Under the pieces are notes generated by a model that searched no databases, was not told where the DNA came from, and saw only the letters and a program-made list of their open reading frames with translations. Position numbers and translations under genes: made by a program. A stretch of 64,000 bases of DNA from Podarcis cretensis (taxonomy: Eukaryota), in assembly GCA_951804945.1 (NCBI GenBank), contig OX638153.1:4092001-4156000 (forward strand). The letters run 5' to 3'. Of the stretch, positions 37,057 to 49,141 are shown one piece after another. Position 1 is the first letter of the stretch; each line of letters starts with the position of its first letter.

Positions 37057-37499
37057 TTTTATTTTAAATAATATTTATTCAAATTTTAAGAATTACAAAG
37101 AAAGAAAGAGAGAAAAGAAAAGTAAAAAAACCAGAAAAAATACAAACAATAAAAAAGAACAGATCAAACCTTTACATAGCTTTCTTTCCTTTGCTTATTT
37201 CCTTGACCTCCTCACACCTCCCATTTTTGTATTCTAAATCAATTTGTTATTTCAGCAAATCCTTTCAACCTTGTTTTTATCTTAATAATTTATCTTAATA
37301 TACTATAGTTTTACATTCTCTCTTTCACCAATTCATTTTTACTTAATCCTTTATGTCATTTCTGCTAAAACCACATAATTTTCTTTTCCCAACATCTTTC
37401 TAGCAATCCTTAATTTTACAATATTTTTGAAGATAAACTTTAAATTTTTTCCAATCTTCTTCCACCGACTGTTCTCCTTGGTCCCGGATTCTGCCAGTC
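37057..37499 (-). mobile_element. 5'-truncated L1 (ORF2 end plus 3' UTR)
   Basis: Encodes TGRIRDQGEQSVEEDWKKFKVYLQKYCKIKDC*; 20-bp TSD agatatattttaacatttta (37037-37056, 37500-37519). Confidence 0.9.
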
Positions 37500-37555
37500 A
37501 GATATATTTTAACATTTTAATTCATTCCAGTATATATTTCTAACAAAAAAAAGTT

Positions 37556-37702
37556 CATAGAATCATAGAATTGTAGAGTTGGAAGGGACCACAAGAGTCA
37601 TCTAGTCCAGCCCCTGCAATGAAGGAATCTTTTGGTCTGACATGGGGCTCGAATCCATGACCCTGGCATTAAGAGTTTCATGTTGTACCGAGTGAGCTAT
37701 CC
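37556..37702 (-). mobile_element. tRNA-Lys-derived SINE with CR1-type tail
   Basis: Minus strand gatagctcactcggtacaacatgaaactcttaat...ttcgagccccatg resembles tRNA-Lys(CTT); CR1 tail cccttccaactctacaattctatgattctatg. Confidence 0.8.
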
Positions 37703-38120
37703 TGCTGGCATATTATCCCCGAATTGCTGAACCATCACACCAGCATCCTGCAGAGAGGAAGGCCTAGTCTAGTCCACGCTTAGCCAGAAAACCAGAGGCA
37801 GAGGATGAAGCTCACATTATTGAATGCTCCTCTAAACAAGCAGTCTCTCTGCATGCTGAAAATGGACACGTCAGTACAAGGGCTAAGCTAGAATCTTCTT
37901 TAGTTTTGGAGGTGGAGATCTTTTCTGTATGTGGGAGAGCTAAGCTACTGGCAGTCTGAAGTAACAATAAGCAGTTTCCTCTCAGCTGGCTTTGACACCC
38001 AGGAGGGTGGGGGGTGTCTCAAGCTCTTCTGCAGAATACTTTAATAATCCTCGAGTGTTTTCATGAAAGCTTAAAAAATGGTTGAAACAGCTCTGGGCTG
38101 CCAGTCCTCTCTTCCCAAGT

Positions 38121-38122
38121 GA

Positions 38123-38194
<72 letters not shown>

Positions 38195-38195
38195 A
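38121..38195. repeat. (GAAA)n microsatellite
   Basis: Direct observation. Confidence 0.95.
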
Positions 38196-38624
38196 CCCTT
38201 ATTTTTAAGAAAGCAAAGATGGTTACATGCAAGGATGAGGCTTGCTAGGGACAGGGGTGTCATTTCCTGTCAGGGAATTTGGGATCTGTAGCGTCTTCTG
38301 CCTCCTAAATCAAATTGTGAGGCAGAGAGAACTACAACTCCCAGGACCATCCCAAGACATTTCGGTCCCTGAGATGAACTACAAAATGATGCCCCTCTCC
38401 CCACCAGGGAAGAAGGGATGAGTGAACATCTGCATCAGGAACAAGGGGGAATAAAGATCTACATTGGGATCTGTTGCCCCTGTGGATTCTGCTGCCTGAG
38501 ATGGCCACCTCACCTTGTCTCATGTGTGGGTCAGCCCTGACAGCTCCCATGGTTCCCAAACATCATTTTCTGCCCAGGAGCCCATAGTTCTCCTAGCAAG
38601 TGCTCCTTATCACCTGCACCCCAC

Positions 38625-38802
38625 NNNNNNNNNNNNNNNNNNNNNNNNNNNNNNNNNNNNNNNNNNNNNNNNNNNNNNNNNNNNNNNNNNNNNNNNNNNN
38701 NNNNNNNNNNNNNNNNNNNNNNNNNNNNNNNNNNNNNNNNNNNNNNNNNNNNNNNNNNNNNNNNNNNNNNNNNNNNNNNNNNNNNNNNNNNNNNNNNNNN
38801 NN
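38625..38802. other. Assembly gap (178 N)
   Basis: Run of n. Confidence 1.
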
Positions 38803-39618
38803 CCAACAGGTAGATCGTGATCTACCAGTAGATCAGTGGACATCTGTGGTAGATCCCTGGTAGATCCCTGGCTCCCCCCAAAGAAGCTCAACAACTTTGA
38901 ACTGAACCCCACAAAATGGGGTAGATCCTTGCCAGTTTTTAACTCTGTGAGTAGATCGCAGTCTCTTGGTATTTCTATATTGCTCTCTCATAAAATATCA
39001 GAGTGACATACAGCAATATGAAAGCTTTATGAACCATTGAAAGTGGTACAGAACAATCAATAAAATGACCAGCTAAGGCTGTTCGTGAACATATTTAACA
39101 ACCCCATAGGTCTGTCTTGAAGAGATGTCTGAAAGTCAAAAGAGAGGATGCCTGCCATGTCTCTGCTGGAAGAGGGGTTCACAGTATGGGAGTGGCGACA
39201 TGAAATGCTCAACTTCAGATTAAGGCCTGATGGGTCAATTTAACACTGTTGTTAGGAAAGCCCATTCCCCTTCCAGAACTGAAATTCCCAGAGTGGTAAA
39301 CTGTCAATTCTTCTTCCCAGGAAACTCTGGGAATTGTAGTTCTGTGAAGGAAATGGGGCTCTCTGACAACTCTCAGCACTCTTAGCAAACTTCTGTTCCC
39401 AGGCTTCCTAGGGGGAAGCCATGGCTGTTTAGAAGGTATAGGGCAGATGGAGCCCTATTGCTACCCCCAGCCCCCAAGTGAGTTCAGTTAAGAAGAAGGA
39501 CCAGCCCACCCAACAAAATATTCCTCAAGTATACTGTTTGTCAACTTGGAATTTTATCTTTGAAAATGCGGTTGTTAAAAAACCATAAGCTAACTAAAAT
39601 AAGGAGAAAGTGCATTAC

Positions 39619-39683
39619 TGTTTGTAGAGCTTCTAGTTTAGGGTCATTTTGAGAAGTTGGCTTTATGTATTTCCTCTTTTCTC
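39619..39683 (-). CDS. PARVG: gamma-parvin coding exon 2: (G)EKRKYIKPTSQNDPKLEALQT
   Basis: AG/GT sites; 65 nt; matches GKKKYLPPTSRKDPKFEELQK. Confidence 0.93.
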
Positions 39684-40145
39684 CTAAAAGAGATACAAAC
39701 AAACAGCAGTTACAATTATACAATCTAACTCACCCAGACCCTGAAAACAACCGTCACCATTTCATCACCAAATTGCCAATTCAAGCAAAAAAGTCTAATA
39801 ATTTGGACCTGTGAAGGAAGCCCAGCACAGCAGAAGGCAAATGGTCAATATCACAAATTTGAAATCATAATTAAGGGAATACAAAGTGACATAATCTTTT
39901 TTGAAGGGTGATCAAGGAGGCACTTCCTAAAAGGAAAGCACATAATAAAAATGATGCCACATTTGTTTGACAACGCTGTGACAGATAATCTTCTCAGGTA
40001 GGTTAATCTAAACTGGAAATGGCAAGTGGTAGTGGAGACACCAACCTATCCAGCAACAGACTGGATTAAGTCTAGAAATAATATTGAATTAATGAATCTG
40101 TTTTGCACATGGTCACACTTTCTATGGTGCCACTTAACAACATAC

Positions 40146-40221
40146 CTTGTGCAATGTCCTCCTCTTCTGAGAATGGATTGACTTGAAACTCTGGGAAAGC
40201 TTTGAGGAAGCTTGGATCCAT
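40146..40221 (-). CDS. PARVG: gamma-parvin coding exon 1: MDPSFLKAFPEFQVNPFSEEEDIAQ
   Basis: ATG at 40221 (gcaATGg) and donor G|gtatg; resembles MEPEFL...EEELSK. The 12 exons sum to 966 nt with an open frame. Confidence 0.88.
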
Positions 40222-41634
40222 TGCTTTGGTTTCCTTCCCCTTGAAAACAGGAAGTCTGGGTTTACTTCCCCTAGAAACCATGGCAGAAAAATACAGGTGA
40301 GCAAGCTGTTCCCAGGTGAGAGCAATTCTAAAGCGGTGGCAAGAATATCTATGTAACTGAAGTAAATGTGTTGATGGGATCTTATTTTGATGACATAAGA
40401 CTCCAGACCCCAAGGTGTCTTTTGAAACATTTACCTCCAGTAAAATGGGGCTCTTCAGGGAACAACCTTTGACTATTCAGGGATTCAAATCAGCGGGGGG
40501 AGCACCGCAAAACTGATGAAAGGCTTTCACACCAGGCTCACAAACCAAAACAAGCATAAATCCTGGGAAAAGCAAGGACTTTAAAAATGGACTTGACAAT
40601 AAGAAAATAATTGAGAAGAACGAGGAAATTGACCATCTGGCATAAATTAAAGCCTGAAATGCCTGATGAAAGATAATATAAATAGGACAGGGAGATGTGG
40701 GAGGGGGAGACATGAAATCTACTTTTTTTTTACAATAATGCTGTAACCCACACAACGACTTTCTCTTAACCTTTTGATATTAATACCAGCCACCTTTTGG
40801 AACCTCCAGTTCTGATTTAACTCAATATAAAAATGCTCATAAAAGGAAGTCCTAAGAAGAACTCTGAATCCAGAGCTCGAGGCTCCCAATTCAGAGCTCA
40901 GCAAACACCATGATGCACACATACACATGCATGTCTTACACGTCCCTTCAGCTGCAGTTTTCAAGGCTCCCAAAGAAATGTAGGAAGCCTTCCTTCAACA
41001 CTGCAGCTGGAGTAGCAGAGATGGATGGAGCTTTGGTTCCTTTTGGTTTCTCATTTTTCGAAACTTTAGTCTGGACATTTTCTCATCAGTTTGCAAACAT
41101 CCTTTTTAAAAAATTGCAAATAATTTTCTCTAATATGTTCATATGCTATTTTGCTAATGTATGCATTTAGGCACAGTTTACTCTAATGCACACGTCTGTA
41201 CATATTTTTTTGGTTGGAGAGTGGCATCAAAAATTCAGAGAAGAATGGATTTCAGTGGATAGTTCTGCTTTGGCTCATGCATCGTTTTGGGAAGTGCAAA
41301 TTAGGTAGGTTTGCATTAACATGAGAACCAAACCGATCCCCGTCACCCACGAAAACCTAAATAGGAATGTGCAGAGCAGTTCCTGCCTTACAACCTTGGG
41401 CACCACACACAGTAATTGGCTTTTTGCAGACTGCCCAGATGTGTGATCTGAGAACAGGAAGCTCAGTTTGAGATGTTTCCTCTGCAAGGTTCTAAGTATT
41501 TCACACTTCCCCTAACTTAAGTAGTGGGAAGTTACAGGGCAGCATTTTTACAAGGCCACTTTTTTATTTTTAGATAAGTACTGAAGACTTACTGTGAACT
41601 TTGTAAGAACCACCATTTAGAATTGCCCAGGCTG

Positions 41635-43177
41635 TAAAAGGTAAAAGATGCTATTTTTATTTCAGATGATACCAATACTAAAAGGAACGGCGATTTTTAA
41701 AGATTGGCAAAGGATGATTTCAAGATATGTCTGGCAGGGCAAAAAGCCGAGAATTAAATATAAATTACTAACAGATGCAAAAGAAAGAGGAGGCTTTGCC
41801 CTGCCAGATTTGAAGTTATACTATGAAGCATCATGTCTTTGCTGGTTAAAAGAATGGATTAAACTTAAAAACACAAAGCTCCTGGATTTGGAAGGATTCG
41901 ATAGCAGATTTGGATGGCACGCGCACCTTTGGAAAGAAAAGAAAAAGGGTTATAAATCATTTGAAAATCATATCTTCCGGAGATCGCTATTGGAAGTTTG
42001 GGACAGATACAAAAATATACTAGAAATGGGGGTCCCACATTGGTTATCCCCATTAGAGGTTATAGGTGTCAAAAAAATTAATATGAGAAGTGATTGGATC
42101 ACCTATGGAGACTTGGTGGTGAAGGAAGGGGGGAAGTGGAGATTAAAACCATACGAACAAGTAAAAGAACATGTCTATGACTGGTTGCACTATTATCAAA
42201 TAAGTGAAATGTTTAAAAAGGATGTGAAAGAAAAAGGGTACAAAGAAAAGGATTCAAAATTTCAAACAGAAATTGTTAATAATGATTGCAAGATAATTTC
42301 TAAAATGTACAAAATTCTGTTGGAATGGCATACAATGGATGAGGAAGTAAAAGTGGTTATGATTCAATGGGCCAAAGATTTAGGATATAACATAGAAATA
42401 GATGATTGGCAAAGAATATGGAATGAAAATCTGAAGTTTACAGCATGTATCACATTGAAAGAAAATGTAATGAAGATGGTATACAGGTGGTATATGACAC
42501 CAGTAAAATTAGCAAAAATGTACAAAACTTGTAATAAGTGTTGGAAGTGCAAGGAGAAAGAAGGTACATTCATGCATATGTGGTGGGATTGTAAGAAAGT
42601 AAGGGGGTTCTGGGAGATGATACATAATGAATTAAAGAAAATGCTAAAATATAGCTTTGTTAAGAAACCAGAAACCTTTTTGCTGGGAATAACAAGAATG
42701 GACATAAATAGGAGAGACAGTAAACTTTTTCAGTATGCAATCACCGCAGCAAGAATACTGTTGGCCCAAAAATGGAAACAAGAAGAAGTGCCGACTTTGG
42801 AAGAATGGAGGACAAAACTAACAGATTATGCAGAACTGGATAAATTAACTGGGAAAATCAGATTTCAAAAGGATCACAGGTTCTTTGAGGACTGGGGGAA
42901 ATTTACGGAGTATTTGAAAACTGTTTGTGAGGACTGTACAACGCTAGTGTGCTTTAAAGAAGCTTTGTGAAAATACAAGGAATATTGCTAGTAAGCAAAC
43001 AAGGTCAGAAATATAGTGTTTAATGGCAATATTAAAATTAAGGAATGTGAAGATAGGTTTTGAATTACGAAAGATTGTCAGAGAAGTTGAGGGAGGTCCA
43101 ATAAGCTAAAATATGTGATGTGCAATTTGATATGACTGGAGTTTTTCATGAAAAATTTTATAATAAAAAAAAAATTT
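41635..43177 (+). mobile_element. Young 5'-truncated L1 LINE
   Basis: 20-bp TSD atttagaattgcccaggctg (41615-41634, 43178-43197); AATAAA and A-tail at the 3' end. Confidence 0.95.
41648..42970 (+). CDS. L1 ORF2 C-terminal fragment (post-RT region and CCHC zinc knuckle)
   Basis: 440 aa uninterrupted; GGFALPDLKLYY and CWKC-x8-H-x4-C motifs typical of L1 ORF2. Confidence 0.9.
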   Translation: MLFLFQMIPILKGTAIFKDWQRMISRYVWQGKKPRIKYKLLTDAKERGGFALPDLKLYYEASCLCWLKEWIKLKNTKLLDLEGFDSRFGWHAHLWKEKKKGYKSFENHIFRRSLLEVWDRYKNILEMGVPHWLSPLEVIGVKKINMRSDWITYGDLVVKEGGKWRLKPYEQVKEHVYDWLHYYQISEMFKKDVKEKGYKEKDSKFQTEIVNNDCKIISKMYKILLEWHTMDEEVKVVMIQWAKDLGYNIEIDDWQRIWNENLKFTACITLKENVMKMVYRWYMTPVKLAKMYKTCNKCWKCKEKEGTFMHMWWDCKKVRGFWEMIHNELKKMLKYSFVKKPETFLLGITRMDINRRDSKLFQYAITAARILLAQKWKQEEVPTLEEWRTKLTDYAELDKLTGKIRFQKDHRFFEDWGKFTEYLKTVCEDCTTLVCFKEAL

Positions 43178-43284
43178 ATTTAGAATTGCCCAGGCTGAGC
43201 AGGTGAAGAGAAATCAATGCTTGCTTCTCAGCAATCTTCTGTAGCCAGTTCTCAAAACTTTCTTCCCCCTCCCACATTTGGATA

Positions 43285-43529
43285 CAGTGGTGCCTCTGGT
43301 TAAGAATTTAATTTGTTCCGGAGGTCTGTTCTTAACCTGAAACTGTTCTTAACCTGAAACTGTTCTTAACCTGAAGCACCACTTTAGCTAATGAGGCCTG
43401 TTGCCGCCGTGCGATTTCTGTTCTCATCCTGAAGCAAAGTTCTTAACCCAAGGTACTATTTCTGGGTTAGTGGAGTCTGTAACCTGAAGCGTCTGTAACT
43501 TGAAGTGTCTGTAACCCGAGGTACCACTG
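43285..43529. mobile_element. Tc1/mariner-pogo MITE (inverse orientation of the 14052 family)
   Basis: TA|cagtggtgcctc...gaggtaccactg|TA. Confidence 0.9.
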
Positions 43530-44139
43530 TACTTATGAACTGTTTTTTTCAGCTGCGCTGGACCTGGCAGACAGGTGTGGCTTCAGGACATTTTTAAACT
43601 ACCCTGATGGTGGATCCTTAATAACTAGAGTAACAACTGGAGAGGCAGTGAAGTGCAGTGGGTAGATTTTGACTGGAGACACCTGGGTTCAAATCACCAC
43701 TTGTTCTCTCTCAACCCAGCCTCACAGAGCTGTGACAGTCTAGTGGGAGAACCACACATATGCTACTCTGAGCATTCAAATTGGGAAATAAATAAAGAGA
43801 TTCCTATAGTTCAGCATCAACAAAAAGGCCATGCAAGAACCTAGACAGAGAGAGCCATCCCTTTGACACCAAACAAGAGCAGACACCATCCACAACATCA
43901 CTTCTTGGGGGCAGATTTGCAGAATACTTTCAGTCAGTCACATTTTATTTATAGCCAATGGCATTTGCAGAATATGACGCTCTGAGCTGTACTTTCATTA
44001 CTGAAATCAGAAAACCGATGAACTTTATGGCAAAGGCTCAATTTCTACCCGTAGTTCTAACTGTTATCATTTTCCCTAGTGTTTGATAGGAGTTTCTGAG
44101 TTAGTTCTTTATTAACTATAAACCCCAGAGAAATAGATC

Positions 44140-44700
44140 AAAACCACTTACATTTGCAGATTCCGCTGAGGAATGTGGACTCACTCTTTTCTTTTCTGCT
44201 AAGGATAAAGCAAAGAGAGACAAAAGACTCAGAAATTGTCCCAAAGGGGGGGAAATGCTCCATGGACATTTTAGGGGGAAAATATTAAAAACTCCTCCAG
44301 CATCCAAATCGTAGCAACTTTTTCAGACATGATGCTTAAAAGAAGCAAATCAGCAGCTAGCTGAAAGCAACTTCCTTGTTTTGTTCTGTCCCCAAGACTG
44401 AAGCTCGTAAATTTGCAACAACATTCAACGGCAAGGAGGCTGCATTTATACATAGAGGAACACAGAAAGATACTCAAGAAAATCTTTTTACGTACCAACC
44501 TAAATTCCCAAGCAAGATCTTTGGAGAGCTGTACTGAGGCAGGCAATCTATTTTGACCCCATTGGATCAGTTTTGCTTTCAGAATGCTGCCTTTGTGTGT
44601 CGCGCAACCAGCGAGAGGAAGTGGCTGCACATCCTTCCTATAGGTGACATTTCATAAACAAAACCACCGTTCCTCACCCATTAGCGCAACCTATGCATTC
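44140..44700 (-). promoter_or_regulatory. Candidate PARVG promoter / non-coding first exon
   Basis: Minus-strand donors GTAAGT (44146-44151) and GTGAGT (44179-44184); ETS/PU-box motifs GAGGAAGT (44615-44622), ACTTCCTT (44370-44377) and GAGGAA (~44455). Confidence 0.35.
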
Positions 44701-46347
44701 CCATATCGTCCAAGAGTCACTATTCACACATACTGGTCTTGCTGGCATCCATGTGTCTCAATCCCTGGAAACTGCTGTCTCTAGTTAGCTTTTGAGAACA
44801 ATTGTGAAGCTGCTGCTTCTTTTTATAATAAATGCTTATAAGTTCTAAGTACATATTCTGCAATAAGTGAAACACTTTCCGTAAATTCAACCAGAGCTAA
44901 TGTGAGATTAAACAATGCTCTGCCTTTTTAAAAGAGTGATACTGTCATTTTGCCAACACACCCCATTTCAGAAGAAAGCAAAGGGCAGACTAGAATGGAA
45001 TAAATTAATGCAACAAACAGAAAACAACAGTGAGCCGTCAACAATGTGCTGTTGCAGCAGGTGGGGGGGAGGAGAAGGGGAGGCAGGAGATGCTTAGACA
45101 AAAATATATCATTTTCAGCTATGGGAATATTGGTGGATACACATTCCTACCATTCAGAAACGTTATAACTGCTTCCAGTGGCCCAAACAAAAATTTGGCA
45201 GCACTTATGGATCTGGATTAAACATGTGCATTACAATGGGGTCAATAATTCTGGTGTGTGCAATTGACTTATATATAAAAAAAAATTCGTCTCCTGTAGG
45301 CAGAGCATTGTATCTAATGCTGTATGAGCAAAATTCTGCTTGTGCAACAGGACTTCCCCTTCCCCCTCTACCCTATCACACATCCCCCCAAAAAACTGCT
45401 CCTGAGGGGGGTGGCTGTAGAGGAGGGACATGTTCTGCTGTACCAGCAGAAATCTCCTGCCAGTGGCACCAACTCCAGGGGGGCCTGGGGGCTGTGGGTG
45501 CCCAGTCTCTGCCCTCCCACCACTGCATGTCCCCAGCTGCCGCTTTACCTCTGGCTCTCCAGCACCATGGGTGTGACTGGGCCGGGGCCTGCACCTCCAC
45601 CACGGGGCCTGATCCACCTGTTGGGGCCTGATGCGGCCCTGGACATGCTTCTGGGATGCAGCCACAGTGGGCCCCAACAGAGGCCCTGTCGTGCAGGCCC
45701 CAGCCTAGTTGCCACCAGAGTGCTCACACGCCCCATGCCCCACCGTCATGATGTCACATTGTGCCTCAATGTCATGACATTGCGGTGTGGCGAGCGTGCA
45801 CATGGCACCCACAGTCTGGGGCCCCAGTCAGCACTTCTGTCTCCTGTGCAAGCAGAACAGCAGTGTTAGATGCATCCGAGGGTCTCCCACACTGAAGGGT
45901 TGTGCTAGCAAACACTAGCATAGCACATTGTTATTATTATTTATTGAATTTATGTACTGCCCTTAGCCGGGGGCCTAGGTCACCTGCCTCACCCCTTGGA
46001 AACTTACCTGGCAAGGGGGCAGCAGAGGAGGGCAAGCAAAGTGACTGCAGCATAGAATTACAGTGGGATCCACCGGTAGCATAGATAGCATCTGCAGCTG
46101 CTTGCCTCTGGTCAGCGCTCTGGGACCTGCCTACATCCCCCCACCCCCATCACACCAGGTGCTGACAGGGAACCAGGTGGTGAGAACTGATTTTGGTGTC
46201 CTTTGGAGAAGAACAGCAAGTTGTGTGCTTCTTAGGTTGTGGGTATCTTGTACGTTGCCTGGGATCGGAACTTATCATAATTGGTTGTTATTTTGTATGT
46301 ATTGCTTAAACACTAGCTTCTGGGTTAGGGTGGGCTATTTTATTATG

Positions 46348-46622
46348 TGCTCACTGGAAGGACAGATCGTGAAGCTGAGGCTCCAGTACTTTGGCCACCT
46401 CATGAGAAGACTCCCTGGAAAAGACCCTGATGCTGGGAAAGATGGAGGGCACAAGGAGAAGGGGACGACAGAGGACGAGATGGTTGGCAGTGTTCTCGAA
46501 GCTAGCAGCATGAGTTTGACCAAACTGTGGGAGGCAGTGGAAGACAGGAGTGCCTGGCATGCTCTGGTCCAGGGGGTCACGAAGAGGCGGACACGACTAA
46601 ACGACTAAACAACAACAACAAC
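46348..46622 (+). mobile_element. 5'-truncated BovB (RTE) LINE
   Basis: LKLRLQYFGHLMRR-type end and (caa)n tail; TSD attttattatg (46337-46347, 46623-46633). Confidence 0.92.
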
Positions 46623-47019
46623 ATTTTATTATGCATATGTGTATTGTTGTTATATGTTTGAAAGAATTTAATTTTAAAAAGTGAAAAAGAAGAAAGAAAT
46701 TATACCAGAGCTGCTTCCACTGTACTTTCTAGTAGTGCCTCACTACATCTTGCTAGATGTTGCCTTAAATATTTGGGGCAGGCTAAATTCACCACTGCAA
46801 AAACTGAAATTGTATTTTTAACCGTAACGTGGACATCCCCATTAAGTATATAGCCCCTTAATTAGCAGACTCATATAATGCTCAGGACAGGACCAGTAGA
46901 ATGCTTTTTGTCCCAGGAGAGTAGCCAAAGGACAAAGAAAGATCTACTGAGGCACTGAATCTGCCTGAGAGAGGCTACCAAGAAGAACAGAGGCCTTTTG
47001 GCACACCCATTTGCATTTC

Positions 47020-49141
47020 TTTTTTTAAAAAAATGATATTTATTAGAAGTTTCAAAAATTACAGAAAAAAGCAAAGGAGAGAACAACAAAAAATTAACAA
47101 AACATACATAACAGTACATCAAAAAAGAAAAAAACACACATAAAAACCAATACACCAATAACAATTAAAAAAAACACACATCCAATATTCCATATCTCCA
47201 TCCTTCAGTTACTTGTTTCATCGACCTCCTCACACCTCCCTTTTTGTATTCTAGTTTAGTTATTTGTTTCAGCAAATTCTTTCCATCTTTCTCAATTTTT
47301 ATTGAGTAATTTGTCTTAACAGTCTAACCTATTAGTTAACTCAGCAAATCCTTTCCATCTTTCACTATATTCATTCAATTTACCTTAATTTATTTTAACC
47401 TTATCTTACTATAAAATACCTTAAAGCTTAAAACTTAATATTTATTTGTACATAATTCCTTATATCATTTCTACTAAAGCCAAATATTTTCATTCCAACA
47501 TTTTTCCTAATCCTCATTAATTTTACACTAATTCCCAAAATAAGTTTTTTAAAAATTTTCTTCCAATCTTCCTCCAGCGTCTCTTCTTCCTGGTCTCGGG
47601 TTATGTCAGTCCTTACTGTCCATTCCATCTAGTCCATCAACCTGGTAATCTTATGTCCGAGGCTCTTAAGTCTTTTCCATGTCCCTTCTGCAGATCTTCT
47701 TCTTGTTTGTACTTGCACTTTACCTTATCTTTTGTAGATCTCTTTCTTAATTTCTTTCCTTTCTCATTGAGGAGTAGGTCTCGGGGATGTTCCAACTCGA
47801 AAATATCTCCGTCTCTCCTCAGCAGATCGGCCCATTCCCCACAGTCCCATTCCCCACAGTCAACAGTGTAGTCCAGAAAATATTTAAAGGCATGTTTCAA
47901 AGTCCCTCCAAACTTAAGGGCCCCCACAACTCCAGACCCCCCCCCGGCCCACTCCAGATTCAACCTTCAACAACAACGGCTTATGCTCCTGTAGGGCCTC
48001 AGGCTTCTCCATTTGTATTACTTGAGGTTCAACAGCAGCCTCCTCCATTATCTTCTGCGTTTGCACTTGCTCTATCAAAACAGATTCCTGAGTTGGCTCC
48101 TGGATGGTTTCTGTATAAGTATTCGCTGTTTGTCCAAAATTTTTGACTACAACAGTCATCAAATCCATCTTCTCATGCATCTGCTCCAACAAAGCGCTTG
48201 TCTTGCAAAAAGCAAGCACCAAAACTTCTTCCAAACACATTTTTGTTCAAGGTAACAGTCTGATCCCACGATCCTAATCACCACAGCTGTAAAGTCCCCA
48301 GATCGACTCCAGCAGCAATTTAACAAGCTCCCTCTAGAGCACACAATTTCTATTTGCATCCATCTTTTGAAAGCAGATCCAACAAAAGAAAGTTACTTTC
48401 ATTTTTCGGATTTTTTGTTTCTTTTAAATGCAAAAGGCAACACTGGAGACAATTTGTTTCTCTTCTTTAACTATCTGTCAAAGGATGTTCCTTTCACAGT
48501 CAATGAACTTCACCAAAAATCTCTGTCTCTGACACCCCATTCCCAGGTTTGAGACGGTGGAAATTTATCTTTACTCTCTCTCCTGCAGGCTTAAACAGTC
48601 AAAAGTCCCCCTCTTTACTCCTGCTTCCCAGAAGGGTTTAGATGGTTAAAACAGGAGGAATTTTAAACCTTTATGTACAAATTTCCAGACTTTAGCTTGC
48701 ACAATTTTTGCTTCAGGCTATTTACAAAAGCGGAAGGTGGACTTCCTGTTTAGGACCTTCCCGCTTGAGTGCCAAATTAAAATGTTTCTTAGCCCAATTT
48801 TCCGTTCTACTCACGGGTACTTGTTTAGAGTCCAATTGTCCACAGGAAAAAGTCAGTGCTCTCCGGCAACGGCTGTGCGGCTTCACTCCGTAAAAATAGC
48901 GGTCGATTCAAAACACCGCGCCACTCTCCCCACGTCACTTCAGATCCCCGAAAAGGGGTTTCCTTGCGTGTAGGGGGGGCGCTACTGGTGTCAGCCGAAT
49001 CCCACGTTCCCAGGCTTCCTCCGCCTGGGATTTTTAAGGGGTCTCTGCCTTCGCCGCCGCGGCAAGACCCGATTTTCACGGAGCAGGTTCCTCTGGATCA
49101 GAGGAATTCCGCCATTGCCGATGGCGCTAACCCGGAAGTCC
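47020..49141 (-). mobile_element. Complete ~2.1-kb non-autonomous L1 derivative
   Basis: 5' end GGACTTCCGG...CAATGGCGG; 3' ORF2-end remnant, 3' UTR and poly-A; 16-bp TSD cacccatttgcatttc (47004-47019, 49142-49157). Confidence 0.85.

Noticed and set aside
37630-37702. tRNA-Lys gene (and tRNA-like heads at 9625 and 9975)
   Set aside because: Degenerate stems and attachment to SINE bodies and tails show these are SINE heads, not tRNA genes.
40222-40281. Upstream in-frame ATG extending PARVG by 20 aa (MVSRGSK...)
   Set aside because: It lies within the polypyrimidine tract upstream of the likely acceptors. The downstream MDPSFL start matches known PARVG N-termini.
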